Counted from the first letter of the stretch, positions 7,910 to 18,250 are shown. The stretch: 64,000 nt of DNA from an uncultured Chloroflexia bacterium (GCA_963828165.1 CAWHDR010000005.1:192001-256000); one strand, 5' to 3'. Notes: generated from the letters alone by a model not told the origin. Translations and numbers: made by a program.

Positions 7910-9895
7910 TCAGGCCGACGGACCCTGGCCACCGGCGTAGCGCTCGATCAGCTCACCGATCGTGAGCCGGCCGTAACGCTCATCCAGCTGCTCCCGGGCG
8001 ATCCGCCACATCGTGCGGAGCGGCCGTGGACCGGATCGCTCGAGCTCATCGAGGCGGACCGCGGCGAAGCGCTCGATGCCGGGCACGGCACGCAGGTCGG
8101 CCGCCAGCCGGGTCGCGGCGTCGTCGACGGTCGATTCGCGGGTGATCCCGGCCGAGGCCGGTCGAGCCGGCCCGGCCGCCGTGTCGCTGCGCGGGGTGGG
8201 CGGCGCCGAGGCCGCACGGACGGCGCGCTCTGCGTCGGCGATCGCGGCGTCCACGGATTCGGGCGTGGTGAACCGCGGCGTCGAGGTACCGGCCGACGTC
8301 GGCGGCGTGGCCGGCGTTGCCGGCGTTGCCGCGCTCGCTGCCGGGCTGGTGGTCGAGGGGCTTGCACCAGTCGTCGCCGGACCTGCTGCGGGCGATGCGC
8401 CGCTCGCCGAGGCGGCACCGCCGGTCGCCGATGTCCCGCTCCCGGATGCGCCGCTCTTCGACCCGCTCGGCGGTCGCGTCTTCGAGCCACCAGATCCCGA
8501 CTGCGAGCCGCTGCCGGCGCCACCCATCGCCTGGCTGAGCATCTCCGGAATATCGATCCCGGTCAGGCCCTTCACGGTCGCGCCCGCCTCGGTGACGGTG
8601 CGGGTCACGTTCTTGACCATGTCGGACGCACCGTCGTTGGACAGGACCGTCAGGTGGTCGATGTTGCCCATCGGCTCCGCGGCCGCCCGGACGATGTCCG
8701 GCAGCTGGGAGAGGACGGTCTGGATGATGGCCGCCTCGTTGAACTGGCGGTAGGCGTCGGCGCGCAGCGCGAGGGCCTTGGCCTCCGCCTCGCCCTTGGA
8801 CAGCACGATCCCGGCCTCGGCGTTGCCCTCGAGCGTCGTCTGCTTGGCGACGGCCTCGGCGGTCACCTCGACCACGCGGGCCTGCGCCTCGCCGGCGAGC
8901 TTGACTCGCTCGGCATCGCCCTGGGCCTGGGCGATCGCGGCGCCCTTCGCGCCCTCGGCGCGGCGGATCTGTGCCGCGGCGTCTGCCTCGGCGGGTCGGA
9001 CGGTCGTCGCGACCAGTTCCTGTTCCTTGCGCGCCGCCTCGAGCTGGGCGAGCTCGGTCTGCTTGCGGGTGACTTCCTGCGTCGCCTCGGCCTCGGCCAG
9101 TGGCCCGGCCTGGGCGGCACGTGCCTGCGCCGCAGCGGTCTGGGTCTCGGTCTCGGCGCGTCGAAGCGCGACGTCCCGCGACGCATTGATCTTGACCTGC
9201 TCGGCCTCGGCCTCGCGAACGGCGGCCTCCTGGTCGGCCGACGCCTTGGCCATGCGCGCATCGCGCTCGCGGCGAGCCGTCTCCTGCTGGCCGATGAGCT
9301 CCATGTAGCCGGACTCGTCGCGGATCGCCTGGATCGTGAAGGAGTCGATCTGGAGGCCCGACGTCGCTAGGTCACCCTTCGCCGCGTCCTGGACGGCCTG
9401 CTGGAACTTCATCCGATCGAGGTTGAGCTCCTCGACGGTCAGCGTGCCGACGATCGAGCGAAGGGAGCCCTCGAGGACGTTCTTGACGATCGAGTCGACC
9501 TGCTCCTCCTGGGATTCGAGGAAGCGCTCGGCGGCGTTGCGGATGGACTCGTCGTCGGCACCGATCTTGAACGTCGCGACGCCCTGGACGGCGACCTTGA
9601 TGCCCTGCCGCGTGACCGCATCGGCCAGGTTCACGTTGATCTGGCGCGCCGTCAGCTTGAGCTTGCCGACCTTGTGGACCAGCGGCAGGACGATGACGCC
9701 GCCGCCACGCACGACCTTGAGGTTCTTGCGCCCGTCGGGCGATCGATCGCGCTGACCGCTGACGACGAGCGCCTCGTTGGCGCCCGCGACCTTGTAGCGG
9801 CTGCCGATGTAACTGATGATCAGGACGACGATGACGATGATCGCGAAGATCGGGATCACCCCTCCGCCGATGAACTCGAACACGCCGTCAAGCAT
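7910..9895 (-). CDS. Flotillin/SPFH family protein with long C-terminal extension
   Basis: TM plus SPFH (AAERFL, LEGSLRSIVG), EA-rich coiled coil, low-complexity tail. Confidence 0.9.
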   Translation of the reverse strand: MLDGVFEFIGGGVIPIFAIIVIVVLIISYIGSRYKVAGANEALVVSGQRDRSPDGRKNLKVVRGGGVIVLPLVHKVGKLKLTARQINVNLADAVTRQGIKVAVQGVATFKIGADDESIRNAAERFLESQEEQVDSIVKNVLEGSLRSIVGTLTVEELNLDRMKFQQAVQDAAKGDLATSGLQIDSFTIQAIRDESGYMELIGQQETARRERDARMAKASADQEAAVREAEAEQVKINASRDVALRRAETETQTAAAQARAAQAGPLAEAEATQEVTRKQTELAQLEAARKEQELVATTVRPAEADAAAQIRRAEGAKGAAIAQAQGDAERVKLAGEAQARVVEVTAEAVAKQTTLEGNAEAGIVLSKGEAEAKALALRADAYRQFNEAAIIQTVLSQLPDIVRAAAEPMGNIDHLTVLSNDGASDMVKNVTRTVTEAGATVKGLTGIDIPEMLSQAMGGAGSGSQSGSGGSKTRPPSGSKSGASGSGTSATGGAASASGASPAAGPATTGASPSTTSPAASAATPATPATPPTSAGTSTPRFTTPESVDAAIADAERAVRAASAPPTPRSDTAAGPARPASAGITRESTVDDAATRLAADLRAVPGIERFAAVRLDELERSGPRPLRTMWRIAREQLDERYGRLTIGELIERYAGGQGPSA

Positions 9896-10442
9896 CGGTC
9901 CCTCCCTCATGCGCCGAGGCCCCGGCCGGCGGCGTCGTCCATTCCACGATGAGTCCCGTACCGCCCACGCCCGTCACGCGGGCGACGGTGCCGGCCGGGA
10001 TGTCGCGCGCCGCGGTGGCGCTGAATTCGTGTGTCTGGCCCTCGGCCTTGACGAGCACGCTGCCGTTACGGCCCGCCGGGATGCCGACCTGGACGTAGGC
10101 GTCCTGACCGATGAGGTCGCTCGTAGAGAACGGCTGAGGCGCTTCGGCTCGTCGCAGGGCACTAAAGATGAAATACGCGATCGCGAGGCCGACGATGCCG
10201 AAGCCCGCACCCCACAGCGCGGCCTGGCCGCCGTGGACGTCGAGGACCTGCGTGGCGAAGAGCCCGCCGACGCCGAACATCGACACGAATGACAGCAGCA
10301 GCGGCATCAGGCTTACGCCGCCCACATCGAAGTCGAAGACCGCCCCGAGGATGTCGTCGACGAGGACGGTGATCAGCAGCAGCCCGCCACCCACCAGGAG
10401 GCAGACGACGAAGACGAAGTCCTCGACCGGGATGTCGATCAT
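9888..10442 (-). CDS. NfeD-family membrane protein (flotillin partner)
   Basis: TM helices plus OB-fold C-terminus; overlaps the flotillin start. Confidence 0.8.
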   Translation of the reverse strand: MIDIPVEDFVFVVCLLVGGGLLLITVLVDDILGAVFDFDVGGVSLMPLLLSFVSMFGVGGLFATQVLDVHGGQAALWGAGFGIVGLAIAYFIFSALRRAEAPQPFSTSDLIGQDAYVQVGIPAGRNGSVLVKAEGQTHEFSATAARDIPAGTVARVTGVGGTGLIVEWTTPPAGASAHEGGTDA

Positions 10443-10533
10443 CGGCGTCGCGGCCTCCCTCGTCCGGCGCGAGCGCGTCGGGAGGACAGGATAGCGACCC
10501 GCGAACCGGCTGCGCGTCCGAACGCGCGGATGG

Positions 10534-11022
10534 TCAGTCGGACGGGCCGAACAGCACCGTCAGCCAGCGTTCGAGCGGCGCGACATCGTCGGTCTGGGCA
10601 CCGATCCGGAGGGCCGCCGAGCCAGGCGCGTCCGGGGGCAGGGCCGGGGCATCCTTCTCGAGCGTGAAGGCGATCTCGCGCGCGCCGCCCAGGCCGTAGG
10701 CTCGGCCCTGCTGCTCGACGTAGCGCTGGCGGGCGATGAGATCGAGCTCTCGCTCGAGCGCACCGACCTCGATCCGGAGGGCGGCGTTCGCCGACGCGAT
10801 GTCGTCGGCGCGGGCCGTCGCGGCGGATGCTTCACCCACCTGACGAGCGAACGCGATCACGATCCAGGCGGCCAGCATCGCGCAGGCCAGGATCCCGATC
10901 CGCCGGCGCGTGATGCCCGCGATCGGCAGCGCGGCGAGGTCCGGAGCGGTGGTCTCGCGGTCCCGTGCGCCCGGATCCAGGTCGGACGCGTCGTCGGGTT
11001 CGAGGCTCGAGCGGCGGGACAT
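10534..11022 (-). CDS. Septum formation initiator (FtsB/DivIC-like) protein
   Basis: Single TM, coiled coil, YVEQQGRAYGL. Confidence 0.65.
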   Translation of the reverse strand: MSRRSSLEPDDASDLDPGARDRETTAPDLAALPIAGITRRRIGILACAMLAAWIVIAFARQVGEASAATARADDIASANAALRIEVGALERELDLIARQRYVEQQGRAYGLGGAREIAFTLEKDAPALPPDAPGSAALRIGAQTDDVAPLERWLTVLFGPSD

Positions 11023-11124
11023 GGCGGCGAGCGTAGCTACGTGCAGCTGGGGTGTCAACCGCGCTGGCGTGACAACCAAGCTGTCACACGAGCGCGGCAG
11101 CGTGGGCGTAGACTGCCGCCGATA

Positions 11125-11140
11125 CCGAACATCTGTTCGG
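11125..11140. promoter_or_regulatory. LexA SOS box
   Basis: CCGAAC-ATCT-GTTCGG just downstream of -10 TAGACT (11109-11114) and upstream of the helicase. Confidence 0.8.
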
Positions 11141-11162
11141 ATACAACTCGGGGAACCCGACG

Positions 11163-13481
11163 ATGCGCCTCTACGCCCCTGCCGATCCCACGACCGTCCT
11201 GAACGGCCTCCTCGAGGAGCCGTCCCTCGCTCGCGGCGTCGTCCATCACGCCGTCCTGCCGCCGCGCGAGGCGATCCATGCCCCGATGCCGCCATGGCTC
11301 GACCCGCGCATCGTGAACGGTCTCGCCGGCCGCGGGATCGAGCAGCTGTACTCGCACCAGGCCGAAGCGATCGATGCGGTCCATGCCGGCGAGGACGTCG
11401 TCGTGGTCACGCCGACGGCTTCGGGAAAGACGCTGTGCTACGCGCTGCCGGCGCTCCAGGCGATCGCCGAGGACCCGGCGGCGCGGGCGCTGTTCCTGTT
11501 CCCGACGAAGGCGCTCGGCCAGGACCAGGTCACGGAGTTCGGGGAGCTCTCGGCAGCGGCCGGGCTGTCGATCATCACCTCGACCTACGACGGCGATACA
11601 CCCGCCCCGATCCGATCCGCGGTGCGCGCCGCCGGGCAGGTCGTCGTGACCAATCCGGACATGCTCCATTCGGCGATCCTGCCGCACCACACGAAGTGGT
11701 TCCAACTGTTCGAGCAGCTCCAGCTCATCGTCATCGACGAGCTCCACACCTACCGCGGCGTGTTCGGCAGCCACGTCGCGAACGTGCTGCGGCGGCTCCT
11801 CCGGATCTGCGCGCACTACGGCAGCAAGCCGATCATCGTGTGCTGCTCCGCGACGATCGGGAACCCGGGCGAGCTCGCCACGATGCTGACCGGTCGATCG
11901 GCGCGGCTGGTGGACCGGAACGGGGCCCCGGCCGGCGAGCGCCACGTACTGCTCGTGGATCCGCCGGTCCTGGAGCCCGCGAGCGGCGCTCGCGGTTCGG
12001 CCGTGACGCTGGCGCAGCGATGGGCTTTGCCCTTCCTGCGCGCCGGCCGCCAGACGATCGTGTTCGGTCGCTCGCGCGTCGCCGTCGAGCTGCTGCTCAC
12101 CGGTCTGCGCGAGTCGTTGCGGGAGAGTTACGGCCCGCGCAGCCGCATCCGGGGCTACCGCGGCGGCTACCTGCCCACCGAGCGTCGGGCCATCGAGCAC
12201 GGCCTGCGCGACGGGGAGATCCTCGGGGTCGTCTCGACCAACGCGCTCGAGCTCGGCGTCGACATCGGACGGCTGGACGTGTCGATCCTGGCCGGCTATC
12301 CGGGTTCGGTAGCCGGAACGTGGCAGCAGTTCGGTCGGGCCGGCCGGCGGCAGGGAACGAGCGTCGCGATCCTGGTGGCGTCGGGCGCGCCCGTCGATCA
12401 GTACGTCATCCACCATCCCGAGTTCCTGCTCGAGGGGGCGCCGGAGGAGGCTCGGCTCGATCCGGACAACCTGCACGTCCTGCTCGCGCACCTGCGCGCG
12501 GCGACCTTCGAGCTGCCGTTCGAGCCGGGCGAGGTGTTCGGGCCCGGCCCGGCGGACGACCTGCTCGGCTTCCTCGCCGAGGAACGCCATGTCCGCCAGG
12601 CGGCCGACGGCCGCTGGTACTGGTCCAGCGAGAACTTCCCGGCATCGGAGATCTCGCTCCGGACCGCCGCGCCGGAGAACGTCGTGATCATCGACACGAC
12701 GCCGGACCGCCCACGGGTCCTTGGCGAGGTCGACCTGTTCAGTGCCCAGGTCCTCGTCCACGAGCGGGCGATCTACATCCACGAATCGGTGCAGTACTAC
12801 GTGGACCGGCTCGAATGGCACGAGCGCAAGGCGTACGTCCACAAGGTCGACGTGGACCACTACACCTATGCGAACCGGGCCGTCACGCTCAAGCCGCTCG
12901 AAATCTTCGCGGAGGCTCCCGCCACGGGCGGCCGGCGGATCCACGGCGAGGTCATGGTCGCGAGCCTCGTGACCCTGTTCAAGAAGCTCAAGTTCCTGAC
13001 GGACGAGAACGTCGGCTGGGGTCCCATCGACCTGCCGGAGCTCGAGCTCCAGACGACCGCTTACTGGCTGACCGCCGAGCGCGTCCGCGACCACTGGCGC
13101 CGGGACGATCTCGATGTCGCGCTGCTGGGCGCCGGGCGCGCGATCCAGACCATCGCCGCGGTCCTGCTGATGGTGGACCCGCGCGACCTCGGCCTGGTGA
13201 CGCAGGTCCGCTCGCCCCACGCCGAGGAACCCACGATCTACCTGTACGAGGCGGTACCGGGGGGCATCGGCCTCGCACCGCGCCTGTGGGACCGGCACGA
13301 CGAGCTGCTCGCCGGCGCAGCGGCGTTGATCACGGGCTGTGGATGCGACGGCGGCTGTCCGGCATGCACCGGTCCGCGGCTGGAGCCGAACGTTGATGCT
13401 CGGGCACTCGCGCTACGCCTGCTGCGCGAGCTGGGTGCCCGGGCTGATGCGGCCCCGCCCGTCCTCGCGACGCCGGCGTGA
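11163..13481 (+). CDS. DEAD/DEAH helicase with DUF1998 (MrfA/YprA/Hrq1-like)
   Basis: TPTASGKT, DELH, STNALELGVDIG, C-terminal CGCDGGCPAC. Confidence 0.92.
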   Translation: MRLYAPADPTTVLNGLLEEPSLARGVVHHAVLPPREAIHAPMPPWLDPRIVNGLAGRGIEQLYSHQAEAIDAVHAGEDVVVVTPTASGKTLCYALPALQAIAEDPAARALFLFPTKALGQDQVTEFGELSAAAGLSIITSTYDGDTPAPIRSAVRAAGQVVVTNPDMLHSAILPHHTKWFQLFEQLQLIVIDELHTYRGVFGSHVANVLRRLLRICAHYGSKPIIVCCSATIGNPGELATMLTGRSARLVDRNGAPAGERHVLLVDPPVLEPASGARGSAVTLAQRWALPFLRAGRQTIVFGRSRVAVELLLTGLRESLRESYGPRSRIRGYRGGYLPTERRAIEHGLRDGEILGVVSTNALELGVDIGRLDVSILAGYPGSVAGTWQQFGRAGRRQGTSVAILVASGAPVDQYVIHHPEFLLEGAPEEARLDPDNLHVLLAHLRAATFELPFEPGEVFGPGPADDLLGFLAEERHVRQAADGRWYWSSENFPASEISLRTAAPENVVIIDTTPDRPRVLGEVDLFSAQVLVHERAIYIHESVQYYVDRLEWHERKAYVHKVDVDHYTYANRAVTLKPLEIFAEAPATGGRRIHGEVMVASLVTLFKKLKFLTDENVGWGPIDLPELELQTTAYWLTAERVRDHWRRDDLDVALLGAGRAIQTIAAVLLMVDPRDLGLVTQVRSPHAEEPTIYLYEAVPGGIGLAPRLWDRHDELLAGAAALITGCGCDGGCPACTGPRLEPNVDARALALRLLRELGARADAAPPVLATPA

Positions 13482-14896
13482 CGACACCGGTCGCGGACGG
13501 GCCCTCGTCCGACCTGGCCCGCCGCCTCGAACGGTTCCGGGCCGCGGTCCGGGTCGCGCCCGGCAACGAGACCGATCCCCTCCCCCACGCGCCCATCCCG
13601 ACCGCCGACCTGGCGTCACGCCTTGCCTCGACGCTCGACGGCGAGATCGTGACCGCCCGCGGGGGCCGGTTCGTCCGGGTCGAGGGCCGCTCGGTCGACA
13701 TCCCGGTGGATCGGCCGCGATTGGCGGGACTGCCCGGTCAGCCGCCGGCGGACCGCCCGCTGGTCTGCCTCGACACGGAGACGACGGGCCTGGCGACGGC
13801 CGCGGGCACGGTGGCGTTCCTGATCGGGCTCGGCTGGTGGGAGCGCGAGCGGTTCCGGCAGGTCCAGCTGCTGCTGCCCGACCACGCGGACGAGGGGGTG
13901 CTGCTCGACGAGCTCGCCCGGCATATCCCGCCCGACGCCTGGCTCGTGACCTACAACGGCCGCGGATTCGACTGGCCGTTGCTCGTGGCCCGCTACCGGA
14001 TGGCCCGACGCGCCGCGCCCGTCCACGACGGGCACCTCGACCTGCTGCCCATCGTCCGGCGCCTGTTCCGCCACCGGATGGACGACGCTCGGCTGCAGAC
14101 GGTCGAGCGCGTGCTGCTGGGGGTCGAGCGCCACCACGACGTCGACGGCTGGGAGATCCCGGGGCGGTACCTCGGATTCCTGCGGGGCGGGCCCGCCGAG
14201 CCGCTGGCCGCCGTCGTGCGCCACAACGACGAGGACGTCCGATCCCTGGCTCGCCTCATCGCGTTGCTGGACTCGGGCTACACCTCGCCCGAGGCGCGCC
14301 GGGACGCCCCGATCGGCGACGTGGCGGGCCTCGCCCGGGCATTCGTGCGGGCACGGCGTCCCGAGGAGGCCCTGGCCTGTCTCGACGAGGTCATGGAGCG
14401 GGCCGATGCGCCGCTGCCGGCAGTGGTCGAGGTCACGAGACCCGTGGTCGCGATGACGCCACTGCGGACCGCGGTCCCCTGGTGGGCGCCGCAGGCGCGG
14501 GCCGACTTCGGCGGGCCGCCGCGAAACCGTGACCGCGGACCATCGAGCTGGCACCGGACGGCAGCCTTCGCCGCGACCTGGGACGCGCAACGGGTGGCGC
14601 TCGACCGGGCGCATCTCCTCCGCCGGCTCGGCCGGTTCGCCGATTCGGCCGAGGCGTGGGCGGGCGTCGCGGCCGGACCGGGACGCACCGCGATCGTCGC
14701 CTGGATCGAGATCGCGAAGCTCCGCGAGCACCGCCTGGGAGATCCCGCGGGCGCCCTCGAAGCCGCGCTCCGGGGCGTCGCCGCAGCCGACCGACGGCGT
14801 CACCTCGCGCTGCCGGAACCCGCGCTCGAGGCGGACCTGCGTCATCGACTGGCCCGGCTGCAGCGGCGGCTCGCTCCGCGTCGCACGGTCGCCTGA
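13478..14896 (+). CDS. RNase H-like exonuclease (MrfB/YprB-like) with TPR-like C-terminus
   Basis: LDTETTGL, TYNGRGFD, HLDLL, HNDEDV; GTGA overlap with the helicase. Confidence 0.88.
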   Translation: MTTPVADGPSSDLARRLERFRAAVRVAPGNETDPLPHAPIPTADLASRLASTLDGEIVTARGGRFVRVEGRSVDIPVDRPRLAGLPGQPPADRPLVCLDTETTGLATAAGTVAFLIGLGWWERERFRQVQLLLPDHADEGVLLDELARHIPPDAWLVTYNGRGFDWPLLVARYRMARRAAPVHDGHLDLLPIVRRLFRHRMDDARLQTVERVLLGVERHHDVDGWEIPGRYLGFLRGGPAEPLAAVVRHNDEDVRSLARLIALLDSGYTSPEARRDAPIGDVAGLARAFVRARRPEEALACLDEVMERADAPLPAVVEVTRPVVAMTPLRTAVPWWAPQARADFGGPPRNRDRGPSSWHRTAAFAATWDAQRVALDRAHLLRRLGRFADSAEAWAGVAAGPGRTAIVAWIEIAKLREHRLGDPAGALEAALRGVAAADRRRHLALPEPALEADLRHRLARLQRRLAPRRTVA

Positions 14897-14915
14897 CCCG
14901 TCGAGCTCGGGCTGC

Positions 14916-15902
14916 TCAGGCCTCCGCGTCGAGCGCGGCGCGGACCGGGCCGGCGAGCGCCTCGAGCGTGGGGCGATCGAACGGCGCCGGCCAGTCGAAC
15001 ATCACCGCGCCGAGGCCAGCGTCGCGATACCGGCGAAGCTCGGCGACGACCGTGTCTACCGGCCCCGTAAACGGCGAGCCCATCGCCATCCTCAGCGCGT
15101 CGTCGCGCGACATCGCCTGGTGCTGGAGGGTCGCGGTCAGCGCCTCGACGGCCTCCTCCCGGGTCGGGCGGATGCACGGCGCGGGCAAACCAGCGGTCCG
15201 CTCGATCGTCGCCGGATCGCGACCGACGACTCGACAGTGCTCGTCCAGGATCTCGCTCCGCCGGTGGAACGACTCGGGTGAGTCCTGGTCCGCGTTCCAG
15301 ATGTCCGCATACTCGGCCACGAACCGGAGCGTGCGCTTCTCCCCGCTCCCGCCGATGGCAAGCGGCAGCCGCTCCTGGATCGGTGGCGGATCGTTGCGGG
15401 CATCGACCGCCGAGAACCACTGGCCGTCCCGGGTCACCGACTCCCCGTCGAGAAGGCCGCGACAGATCGCGGCGGCCTCGCCCATCCGGTCGAGCCGCCG
15501 GCCAACGGGCGGGAACTCCCACCCGAACGCCTGGTGCTCCCGCTCGAACCAACCGGCTCCGAGACCCAGCGCGGCTCGGCCCCCGGTCGCGTGGTCCAGC
15601 GCCGTCGCCATCTTCACGAGCAGCCCCGGGTTCCGATACGCGGCGCCCGAGACGAGGCAGCCCATCCGCGCCCGGCTGGTCACGCAGGCCCAACCGAACA
15701 GGATCGACCAGCCCTCGAAGACCGGGCCGTCGAGGTAGCCCAGCTCGCCGACTCCCGCGGCGGCCTGCGGGAAGAAGTGGTCGTTGCTCCAGAGGTCGTC
15801 GAAGCCGAGCTCGTCGATGTCGTGGCCGATGGCCATCAGCTCCGGCCAGGTCACGTACTGCCCCCAGACCTGGAACCCGAGGCGAAGGCGCGGTGGAGCC
15901 AT
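14916..15902 (-). CDS. LLM-class flavin/F420-dependent oxidoreductase
   Basis: LWSNDHF, YRNPGLLVKMATALDH, GLGAGW, IGGSGEKRTL. Confidence 0.9.
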   Translation of the reverse strand: MAPPRLRLGFQVWGQYVTWPELMAIGHDIDELGFDDLWSNDHFFPQAAAGVGELGYLDGPVFEGWSILFGWACVTSRARMGCLVSGAAYRNPGLLVKMATALDHATGGRAALGLGAGWFEREHQAFGWEFPPVGRRLDRMGEAAAICRGLLDGESVTRDGQWFSAVDARNDPPPIQERLPLAIGGSGEKRTLRFVAEYADIWNADQDSPESFHRRSEILDEHCRVVGRDPATIERTAGLPAPCIRPTREEAVEALTATLQHQAMSRDDALRMAMGSPFTGPVDTVVAELRRYRDAGLGAVMFDWPAPFDRPTLEALAGPVRAALDAEA

Positions 15903-15904
15903 CG

Positions 15905-16963
15905 TCAGACCTCCGACACGCTGACGACGGCCCCGGTCCGGGCGGACTCCTCGGCGGCCTCCATGACGCGCAACCCGCGAACCGAGTCGAGCGGATCGAC
16001 CGGGCGTTCGCCGGTACCCCGGACCGCATCCCGGAAGCCCTCGTAGTACCAGCGGTAGTCGCCGCGGTCCGTCCGGACCGGCGTGACCGAGCCATCGCTC
16101 GCGTAGATGCGGCCCCATCGCTCGGGCGGGTCCTCCCCGAACCCGGGATCGTCCGGGCGCATGCCCGCGAGGAGCTGGTCCTCCTGGGGATCGGCGTCCT
16201 CCTTCACGTACTCGCCGCCAAGACCGCGGATCCGGAACCGCGGTCCGGTTCGCGCGGCGATCAGCGACGTCCACAGCCGCGACCGCACGCCGTCGGCGTG
16301 ATCGATGGCGAGAAAGGTGGAATCGTCCACCTGACTGCCGGCCCGGCGCCGGTCCATCTGGGCGAACACTCGGCGAGCCGCACCGAACAGGACCAGGCTC
16401 TGGTCCACGAGGTGCGCGCCCAGATCGCGATGCGGGCCACCGGCCTCCTCGGCGGCCTCGCGCCACTGGTCACCGACGACGCCCCATCGCTCGAACCGCG
16501 CCTCGAAGCTGTCGATCTCGCCGAGGGTGCCCGCCGCGAGGAGCGACCTCACGGTCAGGAAGTCACCGTCCCCGCGCCGGTTCTGGTAGACGGACAGGAT
16601 CCGGCCCGAGCGGTCCGCCGCCTCAAGCAGCGTCCCGGCTTCCGGGACATCCATCGCGATCGGCTTGTCGACCACGACGTGCCGCCCGGCCTCCAGCGCG
16701 CGGATCCCGATCGGCACGTGGGACCGGTTCGGGGTCACGACCACGACCATCTCGACGTCGCCGGAATCCAGGAGCTCGTCGACGGTCGCGACGACCGTCG
16801 CTCCGGGGTGCTCGGCCGCTGCCTGCGCCTGCCGTTCCGGGTTCGAGGTGGCGATGACGGCCAGCCGCAGGCCATCGACCGCGTCGATGTAGGGCGCATG
16901 GAACAGGCGGCCGGCCAGCCCGTAGCCGACCATGCCGACACCGATCGAGCCCCGCGACACCAT
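15905..16963 (-). CDS. Gfo/Idh/MocA oxidoreductase (scyllo-inositol dehydrogenase IolW-like)
   Basis: VGYGLAGRLFHAP, VVVDKP, YQNRRGDGDF, DLGAHLVDQ. Confidence 0.85.
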   Translation of the reverse strand: MVSRGSIGVGMVGYGLAGRLFHAPYIDAVDGLRLAVIATSNPERQAQAAAEHPGATVVATVDELLDSGDVEMVVVVTPNRSHVPIGIRALEAGRHVVVDKPIAMDVPEAGTLLEAADRSGRILSVYQNRRGDGDFLTVRSLLAAGTLGEIDSFEARFERWGVVGDQWREAAEEAGGPHRDLGAHLVDQSLVLFGAARRVFAQMDRRRAGSQVDDSTFLAIDHADGVRSRLWTSLIAARTGPRFRIRGLGGEYVKEDADPQEDQLLAGMRPDDPGFGEDPPERWGRIYASDGSVTPVRTDRGDYRWYYEGFRDAVRGTGERPVDPLDSVRGLRVMEAAEESARTGAVVSVSEV

Positions 16964-16972
16964 CGTTCGTGC

Positions 16973-18214
16973 CTAGCCGGCGAGGTAGGGCGTGGCGACC
17001 TCGCAGAAGCGCTCGGCGACTCGCCGCGCAGCGGCCTCGTCGTCGCTCATGCGCAACCCGAACGGCGCCAGGTTCGCGTCGAAGACGCCGATGCCGATGC
17101 TCAACGAACGTGCGAGCAGGGCGTCGGTCACCGGCAGCATCCCGCGATGGTATTCGGCGTCGCCGGCGCCGAAGCACGAGCAATCGAAGGGGCAGCCCTT
17201 GCCGCTGACCGTCCGCCGCTCGAGCAAGTGCTCCATGTTCGAATAGACGTGCCAACCGGACGCGTCGAGCGTGATCGAGCCGAGCTCCGTCGCGACGTTC
17301 CGCGCGATCTCCGCGGACGGGAAGGTCACGACGAGGTGCGTCGCGAGGTCGCCCTCGGGATCGACCACCGTCCGAAAGCCGAGCCCGGGAAGCTCCGCGA
17401 TCGTCGATTTGACGATCTTCTTGTTCGCGCGGAGATGTGACCGGATCAGGTCGAGCTTGCGGACCTGGGCCAGCAGGACCGCGCCCGACAGCTCCGTCAT
17501 CCGGAAGTTCATGCCGAGGAACGGACGCTCCGCGTACTTCGAGCCGAGGCGGTTCGGCGCGTGACCCTGGTCGTGGATCGCGAACAGCCGGCCATACAGG
17601 TCCTCGTCGTCGGTGACGATCATCCCGCCATCGCCGCAGGTGATGGTCTTGTACTCGTTGAAGCTGTAGACCCCCGTGGCGCCGATCCCGCCGACTCCCT
17701 GGCCCTGATACGACGCGCCAAAGGCCTGCGCGCAGTCCTCGATGATCGGGATGCCGTGGCGGTCCGCGACATCCTTCAGCTCGTCGAGCCGCGCTGGAGC
17801 CCCCAACATGTGGACGACGATGATCGCCCGCGTGCGGGGCGTGATCCGCGCCTCGACGTCGGCCGGATCGAGGTTGAACGAGTCGTCGATCTCAGCGAGC
17901 ACCGGCGTCGCCCGGGCGTAGACGATGGCGGAGATCGAGGCGACGAACGTGAAGCCCGGCACGATCACCTCGTCGCCGGGCCCGATGCCGAGGCCGAGCA
18001 GCGAGATCCACAGCCCGCCCGAACCGCCGCCGCTCAGGCCCAGGGCGAACTTGACCCCGGCGAGCGCCGCGATCTCCTGCTCGACGTGACGCACCTTCGC
18101 CCCGAAGTTCGGATCGTCGGCGCTGCCGTAACGGCTCAGGGAGCGGCTGGTGAGGACCTGCATGACCTCGGCGATCTCTTCCTCGCCGATCAGCTCGACA
18201 CCGGGTCCGGGCAT
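16973..18214 (-). CDS. DegT/DnrJ/EryC1/StrS PLP aminotransferase
   Basis: GDEVIVPGFTF, IEDCAQA, SFNEYKTITCGDGG. ATG 18214 follows GAGGGGAG. Confidence 0.9.
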   Translation of the reverse strand: MPGPGVELIGEEEIAEVMQVLTSRSLSRYGSADDPNFGAKVRHVEQEIAALAGVKFALGLSGGGSGGLWISLLGLGIGPGDEVIVPGFTFVASISAIVYARATPVLAEIDDSFNLDPADVEARITPRTRAIIVVHMLGAPARLDELKDVADRHGIPIIEDCAQAFGASYQGQGVGGIGATGVYSFNEYKTITCGDGGMIVTDDEDLYGRLFAIHDQGHAPNRLGSKYAERPFLGMNFRMTELSGAVLLAQVRKLDLIRSHLRANKKIVKSTIAELPGLGFRTVVDPEGDLATHLVVTFPSAEIARNVATELGSITLDASGWHVYSNMEHLLERRTVSGKGCPFDCSCFGAGDAEYHRGMLPVTDALLARSLSIGIGVFDANLAPFGLRMSDDEAAARRVAERFCEVATPYLAG

Positions 18215-18234
18215 GCCGGCTCTCCCCTCTTTCC

Positions 18235-18250
18235 GTGCAACCGATTGCAC
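18235..18250. promoter_or_regulatory. LacI-type operator between divergent operons
   Basis: GTGCAACCGATTGCAC near-palindrome; the same 14-mer occurs at 28434-28447. Confidence 0.75.

Noticed and set aside
7277-13396. Long alternative-frame ORFs (697, 828, 747 aa etc.)
   Set aside because: Arg/Pro/Gly-rich shadow ORFs typical of high-GC DNA, overlapping well-supported genes.
11163-14896. Anti-phage system built on a DUF1998 helicase
   Set aside because: Pairing with a YprB exonuclease and an SOS box fits MrfAB repair; no methylase, PLD or other defence partners.
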